Origin: an uncultured Prevotellaceae bacterium
GTDB lineage: Bacteria; Bacteroidota; Bacteroidia; Bacteroidales; Bacteroidaceae
Assembly (NCBI GenBank): GCA_902800595.1
Contig: CADCFA010000003.1
Coordinates: 1,931 to 65,930 of the forward strand
Length of the DNA stretch: 64,000 nucleotides
Direction: 5' to 3'
Part shown: positions 19,584 to 28,560 of the stretch, piece by piece
How positions within the stretch are numbered: position 1 is the stretch's first letter
Layout of the letters: every line of letters starts with the position of its first letter
Program-made: the position numbers and the translations under genes
The notes under the pieces: model-generated
Told to the model about the DNA's origin: nothing
Databases searched by the model: none
What the model saw: the letters and a program-made list of their open reading frames with translations, nothing else

Positions 19584-21545
19584 ATGACCATCAATAAGCG
19601 CAGACTATTACTCCTTGCTCCATTCGGAGCCACCATCTATAATCTGATGCTGGCTTACGTCGTGTATTTTCTGGCTCGCATCCTCTTCTTGGTGATCAAC
19701 TATTCCTATTTCTCACTCGACATGACCTACAGCCATCTGTTGGAATTGTTGATGGGCGGATTGGTCTTCGACACGTCGGCAATCCTCATCACCAACAGTC
19801 TCTATATCGTGCTTATGCTCCTGCCTTGGCATGGCAAGGAGACAGCCACATATCAACAGGTATGCCGCTGGTTGTTTGTCATCATCAACAGTCTGGCGTT
19901 ATTCCTCAACCTCTGCGATGCTGTCTATTTCCGCTATACCATGCGTCGCACCACAACTACCATCTTCAGTGAATTCTCTAATGAAGGGAACCTTGGGTCT
20001 ATCTTCTTTACTGAGATGTTTAATCATTTCTACCTTGTCTTCATCTTCGGTGCTGCAGTCTGGGCACTCAATTACCTCTATTATACCACCCGACTCCGCC
20101 AGCGACATTATGTCTGGTGGCAGTACGACATTGCCATGTTACTGTCGCTTCTTCTTTTCATTCCCTTTGGAGTAGCAGGTATCCGAGGCGGTTTCACCAC
20201 AGCTGTTCGTCCCATCACCATCAGCAATGCCAATCAGTATGCTGACCATCCTGTAGAGGCAGCATTGGTGCTCAACACTCCCTTCTCTCTCTATCGCACA
20301 ATCGGCAAAGATGTCTTTGTAGTGCCTAACTACTTTAAGAAAGAAGATCTTGAGATGCTCTATAGCCCGATACATAAGCCTAGTATTACTAGGGATTCTA
20401 GTATGATTAAGAAGAATGTCGTCATTCTGATTGTCGAGAGCTTTGGGCGCGAATACATAGGAGCACTTAACCGTTCTCTGGAGAATGGTCTCTACAAGGG
20501 TTATACTCCGTTTGTCGATTCGCTCATCACTCGCAGCGTCACCTTCAGTCATTCTTACTGTAACGGGCGTAAGAGCATTGATGGCATGCCCTCTATTCTA
20601 TCCAGCATTCCTATGTTCGTAGAGCCGTTCTTCCTGACACCAGCCTCCATGAATCAAGTTAGCGGCATAGCCCGCCTGCTGGACGATGAGGGGTATCAGA
20701 CGGCCTTTTTCCATGGTGCCCAACGAGGTTCCATGGGTTTTCAAGCCTTTGCCAACGCCACAGGTTTTCAAGACTATTACGGGCGTGAGGACTTCAACGC
20801 CGATGCCCGTTTTGGCAGCGACAATGATTTCGACGGCACCTGGGCCATCTGGGATGAACCTTTCCTTCAGTACTATGCCGCAAAAATGTCGGAGATGAAG
20901 GAGCCTTTCATGACAGCAGTGTTCACAGCCAGCAGTCATCATCCCTATGCAGTGCCTGAGAAATATAAATCCACCTTCCCTGAAGAGGGGATTATCATTC
21001 ACAAGTGTATCCGCTATACTGATATGGCCATCGGCAAATTCTTTGAGAAAGCCAGTCATGAGCCTTGGTTCAACAACACCATCTTCGTACTCACCAGCGA
21101 TCACACCAACCTCTCTGACCATGAATACTACCAGACCGACTTAGGTGGTTTTTGTTCGCCGATCATCTTTTATGAGCCAGGCAGCGGTGCCAGAATACCA
21201 GAGATACAGGATAAGATTGCCCAGCAGATTGATATCCTGCCCACGCTGATGGGTATGCTCCACTATCCGAAGCCATACTTTGCCTTTGGCATCGATCTCT
21301 TCAATACCAAAGCCGAAGAAACCTGGGCTATCAACTATCTCAACGGCATCTATCAATATGTGAAGAAAGGCCATGTGCTTCAGTTTGATGGCGAAAAAGC
21401 AATAGGAATGTATGCCCTCACGGATTCGCTCATGCAAAACAACCTTAATGGAAAAGTGCCTGATCAGCCTTGGATGATACAGGAGTTAAAAGCCATCATC
21501 CAACAGTACATGTCGCGCATGACAGAAGATCGTCTCTTACCTTAA
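19584..21545 (+). CDS. LTA synthase/sulfatase-family phosphotransferase
   Basis: 5 TM helices, IRGG, IVESF, GRKSIDG (Ser), SSHHPY, TSDH, QIDILPT. Confidence 0.9.
   Translation: MTINKRRLLLLAPFGATIYNLMLAYVVYFLARILFLVINYSYFSLDMTYSHLLELLMGGLVFDTSAILITNSLYIVLMLLPWHGKETATYQQVCRWLFVIINSLALFLNLCDAVYFRYTMRRTTTTIFSEFSNEGNLGSIFFTEMFNHFYLVFIFGAAVWALNYLYYTTRLRQRHYVWWQYDIAMLLSLLLFIPFGVAGIRGGFTTAVRPITISNANQYADHPVEAALVLNTPFSLYRTIGKDVFVVPNYFKKEDLEMLYSPIHKPSITRDSSMIKKNVVILIVESFGREYIGALNRSLENGLYKGYTPFVDSLITRSVTFSHSYCNGRKSIDGMPSILSSIPMFVEPFFLTPASMNQVSGIARLLDDEGYQTAFFHGAQRGSMGFQAFANATGFQDYYGREDFNADARFGSDNDFDGTWAIWDEPFLQYYAAKMSEMKEPFMTAVFTASSHHPYAVPEKYKSTFPEEGIIIHKCIRYTDMAIGKFFEKASHEPWFNNTIFVLTSDHTNLSDHEYYQTDLGGFCSPIIFYEPGSGARIPEIQDKIAQQIDILPTLMGMLHYPKPYFAFGIDLFNTKAEETWAINYLNGIYQYVKKGHVLQFDGEKAIGMYALTDSLMQNNLNGKVPDQPWMIQELKAIIQQYMSRMTEDRLLP
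20379..20405. repeat. 9-bp-period CTAG micro-repeat x3
   Basis: cctagtatt actagggat tctagtatg (CTAG at 20380, 20389, 20398). Confidence 0.65.
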
Positions 21546-21566
21546 CTAGAGCTGAGATGAGAGAAT

Positions 21567-22382
21567 TCAATAAATGTGTCGGAAGAGTTCATTGAAAGGC
21601 TTGAACTGCTCTTTTGTCAGTGGTGCTTGAGGATCTTCTATCCAGTAGAGCGGCACCTCACGATACATCGCAGCCACCAGTGAGAAGGTACTTGGTGCCC
21701 CTATCAGCCAATCACATAACGACAATAGACACATGTCCTCTGCCGGATTCCCGTCAGGGAACTCTACCTTACAAAACTCATCCCTCAACTCCTTCCGGAA
21801 AAAATCCTTGTTCAGCTCCGGATCATTGCCACACACAAAGAAAATGATCATGGTGTTAGGCATCAGCTTCTTAAACAGCTTCAGCACAGCCACATACTGG
21901 GCGTCATCGTAGAAAAACCTGCCGCCCTGAAACGTCTTATAGTCACCCCTTCTTACGTGTACGCCCACTCTTACAGCATTACCCTCACCTAATTTTTTTA
22001 GCGAGGTTGTCAGCACATCCTGATTGAAAGCAAAAAGCTGCTTGATTTCAGGCATATACTTCTCAAAGAGGTCATACCAGCGTGCATACCATCCCGTCAC
22101 CATAATCAGACGCTTGTCGAGCATCATCTGCTCCTCACGAGCATAGTCGCCGTTCTCCTGGTCAAAATGTAAGGTGGGAATAAGCCTCATCTTTGCCGCA
22201 TATTTGGCAAAGAGGTACATAAGGAAATGATGATGCCTGGTTTTGCAGATATGAAACCAAGGATACTTATAGGCAAAACGCATCGACATCGTGGTGCGTC
22301 CATGCTCCCGTGCCCAGGCATACACATGTCCGTACTGCAACATGTTATTTGCCATCCGCCCCTTATCGTGTACAAATATCAT
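21567..22382 (-). CDS. GT11-like (alpha-1,2-fucosyltransferase family) glycosyltransferase
   Basis: GRMANNMLQY, HVRRGDY, EDMCLLSLCD, STFS. Confidence 0.8.
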   Translation of the reverse strand: MIFVHDKGRMANNMLQYGHVYAWAREHGRTTMSMRFAYKYPWFHICKTRHHHFLMYLFAKYAAKMRLIPTLHFDQENGDYAREEQMMLDKRLIMVTGWYARWYDLFEKYMPEIKQLFAFNQDVLTTSLKKLGEGNAVRVGVHVRRGDYKTFQGGRFFYDDAQYVAVLKLFKKLMPNTMIIFFVCGNDPELNKDFFRKELRDEFCKVEFPDGNPAEDMCLLSLCDWLIGAPSTFSLVAAMYREVPLYWIEDPQAPLTKEQFKPFNELFRHIY

Positions 22383-23338
22383 ATCAGTCCTTTCCTTCGT
22401 TTGATATCCTCTAATGGTTCCAGACTTACGCGCCCCGTCTCTGCATCATAGCGGATATTGAACTCTTCATGAGAGCGCTTCCAGCGGTTGTGGGTCCACA
22501 GCCAATATTGCGGCGCTCTATTGATGGATGCTTCTAGCATCTTGAAGTAAGCATCCGTCAGCTCATAGTCTTTCGTCTGTTTGGGATTCTTTTCTATCAG
22601 TTTGAACTCCGCCACGTAATAGCCACGTTTCGGCCGATGCACATCGATATAGAGCACCGCATGTCCTGCACTGCGTGCCAGTCGCTCCGTACCCGTCAGT
22701 ACAGGCGTGTCGTGATTCAAAAACTCAAGCCAGTGGTGGATATTATTCCAGAACGGCACCTGGTCGGAGATATAGCCGATCACCACAGGCTGTTTCTTCA
22801 GTCTGAACTCAGCCAGTCGTCTGAGCGTCTCAGCCATGGGGATACACACAGCCCCCATCCTTTGTCGAAGATTCAGGAAGAGCTGGTCAAAATCCGAGTT
22901 TTCCAAAACATGATATATCTGTCCACACTGCGCCTTGGGAGTCACCCAGAGGGGCAGCGAAGTAATCCATTCCCAATTGCAGTAATGCCCCAGATAGACG
23001 GCACACGACTGGCCGCTCTCCACAATTTCATCGACAATCTCCGTCCCCTTGAACACCATACGCCGCTTCAGATTACGCTTACTGATGGTCAACAGTTTGA
23101 TGGTCTCTACCAAATAATCGCAGAACCAACGGTAAAAGTCCTTCTCTATATTGATGATCTCTGCCTCCGACTTCTCAGGAAAGCTGTCCGAGAGATTCTT
23201 CCTAACCATCCTCTTGCGATAGCCCACCAGATGATACACCACCACATAGATACCGTCAGATATCAGGTAGTGTACCCACATCGGTAGCAGAGAGAACAGC
23301 CAGAGCACGGCGTATGTCAGATAGTATAGCAGTTTCAT
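22379..23338 (-). CDS. Lipid A biosynthesis acyltransferase (LpxL/HtrB family)
   Basis: N-terminal TM, HYCNWEW, SDQ, PQYWLWTHNRWK. Start moved to MKLLYY at 23338. Confidence 0.9.
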   Translation of the reverse strand: MKLLYYLTYAVLWLFSLLPMWVHYLISDGIYVVVYHLVGYRKRMVRKNLSDSFPEKSEAEIINIEKDFYRWFCDYLVETIKLLTISKRNLKRRMVFKGTEIVDEIVESGQSCAVYLGHYCNWEWITSLPLWVTPKAQCGQIYHVLENSDFDQLFLNLRQRMGAVCIPMAETLRRLAEFRLKKQPVVIGYISDQVPFWNNIHHWLEFLNHDTPVLTGTERLARSAGHAVLYIDVHRPKRGYYVAEFKLIEKNPKQTKDYELTDAYFKMLEASINRAPQYWLWTHNRWKRSHEEFNIRYDAETGRVSLEPLEDIKRRKGLI

Positions 23339-23346
23339 AGGCCAGT

Positions 23347-24228
23347 TTACCAGATATCTTTTGCATGAGTAGGACGGAAGATGGTCAGTGCGCGTTTCCA
23401 CTTACTACGTAGGATATCTTTCTTCAACTGACCTTCACTATCAATAACCGCTCCGAAAGGCTCGCCACGATGCAGCACATCATTCATAAACGATGAGGAA
23501 GTGATACCCCACTTACGCAGGAACTGTAACGAGCCGTCGTTCTTTATAATGCGGTGCGTCGAACGTGCCTCGAAATGATAGACACGACTTCTGTCGATGC
23601 CTTTGAAAATCCGGACGCCAGCATGATACAACTTTGCCGAGAAGTCGGGATCGGAATACATACCTGGACTATACTCCACGCTATAGCCACCCACAAGATC
23701 CCAGAGGTCACGATGCACCACGTTAGGAGGCCATGTTGCCCCCTGCCAGTCACCATGTTTCAGTGTCATAAACTCCCTCAACAATCGTTCCTCGTCAAAG
23801 GCCTCCACACTCTCACCATAGTTGGCGGGTGCAATAACACTCTTGCAGAAAAACTTGCGGGGTTGTATCAGTGTCGAAGAGAGAAAGAACATCTTATGCC
23901 CAATGGCTTTGATCTCATCGTAGAGTGCCGTATCCCAGCCAGGGCATACATACATATCATCGTTCATGAACAACACATAGTCAGTCGTTACCAACGGGCG
24001 CAGACCATTCAACGCATAGCACACGCCTATATTCTCAGGCGAATGTGTATATTTCAGTCCCTCAGCCTTCACCCATTCCAAGGTTCCGTCGCTACCATCG
24101 TTCACATGGATCAGGATCTCATGCTGGAAGGCTGAGTTCTTCCGGATACTCGCCACACAGAGTTTCAGGAAAGCGAGGTTGTTCCACGATGGGATCAGGA
24201 TGGAAAACAGTTCTTTTTCGTATGCCAT
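23347..24228 (-). CDS. Glycosyltransferase family 2
   Basis: SILIPSWN, NDGSDGT, NDDMY, VGGY, YH. Confidence 0.92.
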   Translation of the reverse strand: MAYEKELFSILIPSWNNLAFLKLCVASIRKNSAFQHEILIHVNDGSDGTLEWVKAEGLKYTHSPENIGVCYALNGLRPLVTTDYVLFMNDDMYVCPGWDTALYDEIKAIGHKMFFLSSTLIQPRKFFCKSVIAPANYGESVEAFDEERLLREFMTLKHGDWQGATWPPNVVHRDLWDLVGGYSVEYSPGMYSDPDFSAKLYHAGVRIFKGIDRSRVYHFEARSTHRIIKNDGSLQFLRKWGITSSSFMNDVLHRGEPFGAVIDSEGQLKKDILRSKWKRALTIFRPTHAKDIW

Positions 24229-25001
24229 TATGAATTGTTTCTATAACGTTTCTCAATCATCTTCGCCACCAATACAAACTGATAGAAGGCATCCATACCT
24301 GCCCGCACGAGGCCAGGCATGCCATCACGGAAACCGAGTTTCAGAATGTAATTACGGAAGAACCGCCATACCGGACGCCCCAACAAGGCACCCACCCCGT
24401 AGTTCTTCGAGGCGCGTTTCTCTATCTCGTTATCGGTATAGGCATTCGTCTTGCGTAGCAGGTCGGCTATCGTCTCATCAGCCAGATGCACAAAGCGCAC
24501 ATTCTTCTCTGACGCAGGAATCTTCTCTGTACGTCCCTGAACAGTCGGGAAAGTGTGCACATGGGGTGGCCACTCTACCCCCTCACGCTTAAAGAAGCGC
24601 AACTGACGATCATAGGTGATACTTTTCGTATAGCGAAGCATAAAACGGTTCAGACGTGGGATATAGAGTCCAGCAGGGGCATCAGGCTCAGCTATACGCC
24701 GATACAGATAGTCGTGCAGTTCTGGCGTCACAATCTCATCGGCATCCACCACCAGCACCCACGGATACGCTGCCGACTGGATGGCAAACGTGCGTGCTGG
24801 CTCCGCACTCTTATGATTCGCCTTGGGGAAGGTCACGATTCGGCAGCCATATTGACGTGCAATATCGAGGGTACTGTCGGTACTCTCCATATCACAGATC
24901 AGAACCTCATCGAAGTTCTTCACCGCCTCTAATACCTGCGCAAGATCACGCTCAGCATTATAGGTGTTAATAACTACCGATATCTTGTTTTGGTCATTCA
25001 T
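24228..25001 (-). CDS. Glycosyltransferase family 2 (WaaE/KdtX-like LPS core glucosyltransferase family)
   Basis: SVVINTYNAE, DMESTDST, VDADE, GFRDGMPG. Confidence 0.9.
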   Translation of the reverse strand: MNDQNKISVVINTYNAERDLAQVLEAVKNFDEVLICDMESTDSTLDIARQYGCRIVTFPKANHKSAEPARTFAIQSAAYPWVLVVDADEIVTPELHDYLYRRIAEPDAPAGLYIPRLNRFMLRYTKSITYDRQLRFFKREGVEWPPHVHTFPTVQGRTEKIPASEKNVRFVHLADETIADLLRKTNAYTDNEIEKRASKNYGVGALLGRPVWRFFRNYILKLGFRDGMPGLVRAGMDAFYQFVLVAKMIEKRYRNNS

Positions 25002-25003
25002 CG

Positions 25004-25066
25004 GTGCAAAGATACGAATAATTATTGATAGAACAATACAATTTAATAAAATTCGTATCTTTGCAC
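25004..25066. promoter_or_regulatory. Perfect 16-bp inverted repeat formed by two divergent -7 promoter elements (25007-25014 minus; 25056-25063 plus)
   Basis: GTGCAAAGATACGAAT - 31 nt AT-rich spacer - ATTCGTATCTTTGCAC. Confidence 0.8.
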
Positions 25067-25082
25067 GACAAATGCTAAGGAG

Positions 25083-25820
25083 CTATTTCATATAGAACTT
25101 CGCACCAATGGAAAGTCCGATGATATCACCCACGGACACATCTTGTCCCTGAAACAGAGAACGGACGTAGAGGTCACAGGTGCCAACCTCATAAAACAGG
25201 GATATGCGGTTATGCCGCCACCGTTTCTTCTCAGGGATGATGATGGTGATACGCTGACCAAATGCCAAATTCAGTCGGAACTTCGTTGACATAAACTCGT
25301 AGTATTTGTCAGGATAGCGACCAGGCTGGCTCTTCCAGAACTCATGACCATATACCGTGTTCAGATAGAGACTGGTCGTCAGCGGTTGGAACTGCCATTT
25401 CACAGCATCAGTCCCAGCTTTGGGTGTCAGGTTGACGTCCCAGGGAATGAAGTTACCCTTCAGGGTCGTTGTCAGCTTTCCACGTGAGGAATCATGCTTG
25501 GGAATATAACCGAGGAGCAGTTCAGTCTCCCACTGCCTGCGCTTACCATAGCTCCAGCCGATACCTGCGGAGATAACACCCATGTTACCTGCATTCTGAA
25601 TGACAAAATGGGTTGGGATAAGCGAAGCCCAAACCTTTTCCGCACGTCGGACCCTCTTATCATATTTACTCTCTTGCACCTCTTCTACATTGGTACTGTC
25701 TTGCACCTCTTTCACATAGGTACTGTCTTGCACCTCTTTCACATAGGTACTATCTGCTGCTGTCACGTGCAGTGCGAATATCAGCATTGCAGCACTAAAA
25801 ACGAATCTGTTCAATTTCAT
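25083..25820 (-). CDS. Exported hypothetical protein, probable outer-membrane beta-barrel
   Basis: Signal peptide, amphipathic beta strands (AGIGWSYG, LSIGAKFY); overlaps the phosphoesterase stop codon. Confidence 0.65.
   Translation of the reverse strand: MKLNRFVFSAAMLIFALHVTAADSTYVKEVQDSTYVKEVQDSTNVEEVQESKYDKRVRRAEKVWASLIPTHFVIQNAGNMGVISAGIGWSYGKRRQWETELLLGYIPKHDSSRGKLTTTLKGNFIPWDVNLTPKAGTDAVKWQFQPLTTSLYLNTVYGHEFWKSQPGRYPDKYYEFMSTKFRLNLAFGQRITIIIPEKKRWRHNRISLFYEVGTCDLYVRSLFQGQDVSVGDIIGLSIGAKFYMK
25672..25752. repeat. 27-bp tandem repeat x3 (DSTYVKEVQ)
   Basis: TCTTGCACCTCTTTCACATAGGTACTG units; two nearly identical, one diverged. Confidence 0.92.
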
Positions 25821-26592
25821 AGCCGTCGGGGGTAATAGTCATTATACGATAATTGCGGTGCTGTGCACAGTCGATAGCATAAAACATCAAGCCGTCGCCA
25901 TAGATATCAGAAACAGTGTCGTTGTGATCATGTCCATAGATACAGCACATAAGTCCGGGGGCGAAGTCAAGATAGCGACGGAAAGCCTTGCACACATTAT
26001 TATTAAACTGGTCGCTATATGGTGCGGCATGCATAATCACAACGGTGCGGTCAAACTTATCCGTGTCCTTGTGGAACTCATCTTCCATAAAGTCGAAGTT
26101 GGGCACAGCAGCCATATAGTCATACTCGGTGGCATTGGTGTTCAGACAAAGGAACTTTACCCTACCGGCGATAAACGAGAAATCCAACGGACCATACATC
26201 GTCTCATACGTCTGGTCGCCCGTTCCTAAGAAGTCGTGATTACCGATGAGGGCTACATACGGGTAGTTCAGCTCGTTGAGGATATCTCTCGACCATTCAA
26301 ACTCCTCATTGGTGGCAGTATCTGTCAGGTCGCCACAATGAACCACGAAGTCGATGTCTCCCCTGCTGTTCAGGTCTGCCACCTGATCTTTCGCGTCAGC
26401 AAGCCACAAGTGGGTATCACTGATAAATGCCACTCGCAAGGTCTCTTCCTTTTCAAAAAGGCTCTCAATGTCGGCCATCTGCCGCAAATTGCTCTCTTTT
26501 TCACCTGAGACTTTTACATCGTAGGGATGTATGTCAAAGGCGCTACAAGACGAGAGCAAAAAAATAATTGATAGTAACAATAATTTTTTCAT
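25795..26592 (-). CDS. Calcineurin-like metallophosphoesterase lipoprotein
   Basis: Lipobox LSSC; SDTH, GDLTD, GNHD, MH and GHDH motifs. Confidence 0.9.
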   Translation of the reverse strand: MKKLLLLSIIFLLSSCSAFDIHPYDVKVSGEKESNLRQMADIESLFEKEETLRVAFISDTHLWLADAKDQVADLNSRGDIDFVVHCGDLTDTATNEEFEWSRDILNELNYPYVALIGNHDFLGTGDQTYETMYGPLDFSFIAGRVKFLCLNTNATEYDYMAAVPNFDFMEDEFHKDTDKFDRTVVIMHAAPYSDQFNNNVCKAFRRYLDFAPGLMCCIYGHDHNDTVSDIYGDGLMFYAIDCAQHRNYRIMTITPDGYEIEQIRF

Positions 26593-26606
26593 AATTACAC
26601 CATTAG

Positions 26607-28514
26607 TTATATTTCTTCTTTCTTATATTGTAGTGCAAACAAGGTGAGGTCGTCGTGCTGCTCAGTCTCACCTGCAAACTGTAGAACGGCATCTGTCATC
26701 GTCTCGACAAGTTGTTGAGGAGAGCCTGTGAAGGTACTGACGACAGCCGCAACTCTCTCCCTACCAAACAACTCATGATTGGCATTTTCAGCCTCAGTGA
26801 GTCCGTCTGTATAAAGGAACAGCATCGATCCGGGAACCATGTTTAGTTCCTGATCTGAATAGTTCAGGTCAGGATCAACGCCAATGGGCAGATTGGATTT
26901 ACAGTCTGTCTGTGTACCCTGGACGAAAGGTGCATCATGCCCAGCATTGCAATAGCAAAGATGCCCCGTCGGCAAGTCGAGCACTCCAACGAACAATGTC
27001 ACGAACATGCAGTTATCATTGCCTTCGCAGATATTGATATTCATCGTCTCCACGATACGATGCGGTTCTGAGGTATGGGCAGCAATGTTGCGGAAGAGCG
27101 TGCGGCTGACAGCCATCACCAGCGAGGCTGGTACACCCTTACCCGACACGTCGCCAATACAGAAGAACAGTTTCTCATCGCGGATAAAGAAGTCGTAGAG
27201 GTCACCGCCGACAGCCTTTGCCGGTGTTAGCGTAGCATAGAGATCAATGTCCTTACGATTAGGGAAGGCAGGGAATGTCTTTGGCAGCATCGACATCTGG
27301 ATGTTACGTGCCACATTCAGCTCACTCTGCATCAAGGCCTTGGCGGCAGTTGTCGTTTTCAACTCTTCCACATATTGCGTCAACGACTGCTGCATGGTAT
27401 CAAACGAATCGCGTAAATAAGCCACCTCGTCGTTGTGTTTGAATGTCGGCAATGGTGTGGTGAAATCACCGTGTGCCACCTGATGAGCTAATTTCGAGAG
27501 AAAGGCCAACGGCTTGATGGCATGGCGGATGGCGTGACTTGTGAAGAAAAAGATCACAAGGATACCTATCGTCATGAAGACAATGAGAATTGCACCGAGA
27601 ATATAACCCGACAGGAAAACGAAATCCCTCTGCTGGGCTATTACCAGAATGCAACCCGTAGGCGTTAAGCGCTCGGTGGTAATAAAATAGGTAGAGCCAT
27701 TCGCCCTCATAGGTCTGTATTCAATGCTGTCTTCTTTTATAATGACCTGGATCGTCTCCTCGTCAAGTTCCTTGGTGCCAGCAATCTTCTGCCCCTTGCC
27801 GTCAAGTATCAGGATAAAGAATTCATTGCCGTCATCCGGGTCTTCCTGATCATCCACAATTTCTTCCGAATCCTTCACCATTCGCTCTGCCAAAGCGATC
27901 GACGTATAAATCCAGTTAAAGTTCAAGTCGATGCCATAGACACCCACTTTCCGTCCCTGTGCGTCGCGGATAGGTCTGACATAACTACAGTACATTCTTC
28001 TGTCAACGGTATCATCGAAATAAGGATCCGTCAGGTAGCCTTCTTCCGCCGATTCCAAATTAAAGCCTTTTTCATACCACACCCCATTGAAATAGTCATG
28101 TTGTTGCGAACCTATCTGTTGTGTATTGATATGTGTACTGTCTGCAAAATAGGCATATGCCTCAAACCATCGTCCGTACTCTGGATAGTAGTCAGGCTCA
28201 AAAGCTGCGAAACACCCCACCAAGTGTGGGTTCAATTTGAGTTCTTTCTCCAGCGTCTGAAAAACGGCCTCAGGACTTTGTAAGTTGGCTTCCACGGCAT
28301 CAAGGTTGTTCCGGCTCGTTGTTTTCACCACCTCTACGATGGTATTCAGTCTGCCTTCTATGGCGCTAATCACGTGCTTCGATCGCAGTTCCCCCTCTAA
28401 CCTTGATGCCACCAGGTCGAAATAGAACACTGCTCCGAAGATCAGTACATTGAAGAATATCACGATTCCTATGACACGCCATGTGATACGGCGCGAAAGC
28501 TTGCTTCTCTTCAT
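26607..28514 (-). CDS. Membrane-bound Cache-HAMP-SpoIIE (PP2C/RsbU/IcfG-like) Ser phosphatase
   Basis: 2 TM helices flank a Cache region (WYEKG, TDPYFD, GVYGIDL), then HAMP (DEVAYL) and PP2C motifs ARNIQMSMLP, VGGDLYD, IGDVSGKG, NAGH, YTDGLTEA, DDLT. Confidence 0.93.
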   Translation of the reverse strand: MKRSKLSRRITWRVIGIVIFFNVLIFGAVFYFDLVASRLEGELRSKHVISAIEGRLNTIVEVVKTTSRNNLDAVEANLQSPEAVFQTLEKELKLNPHLVGCFAAFEPDYYPEYGRWFEAYAYFADSTHINTQQIGSQQHDYFNGVWYEKGFNLESAEEGYLTDPYFDDTVDRRMYCSYVRPIRDAQGRKVGVYGIDLNFNWIYTSIALAERMVKDSEEIVDDQEDPDDGNEFFILILDGKGQKIAGTKELDEETIQVIIKEDSIEYRPMRANGSTYFITTERLTPTGCILVIAQQRDFVFLSGYILGAILIVFMTIGILVIFFFTSHAIRHAIKPLAFLSKLAHQVAHGDFTTPLPTFKHNDEVAYLRDSFDTMQQSLTQYVEELKTTTAAKALMQSELNVARNIQMSMLPKTFPAFPNRKDIDLYATLTPAKAVGGDLYDFFIRDEKLFFCIGDVSGKGVPASLVMAVSRTLFRNIAAHTSEPHRIVETMNINICEGNDNCMFVTLFVGVLDLPTGHLCYCNAGHDAPFVQGTQTDCKSNLPIGVDPDLNYSDQELNMVPGSMLFLYTDGLTEAENANHELFGRERVAAVVSTFTGSPQQLVETMTDAVLQFAGETEQHDDLTLFALQYKKEEI

Positions 28515-28560
28515 ATCACCTTTTCGATAGTCAAAACATTCTCATTATCTACAATTCAGT

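Noticed and set aside
25004-25066. Invertible (phase-variable) promoter
   Set aside because: The promoters are in the repeats themselves rather than in the spacer, the spacer is only 31 nt, and no recombinase is in the window. Kept only as an orphan-promoter finding.
25672-25752. Possible mini-CRISPR array
   Set aside because: The 27-bp units are contiguous with no spacers, are in frame within a CDS, and no cas genes are present.
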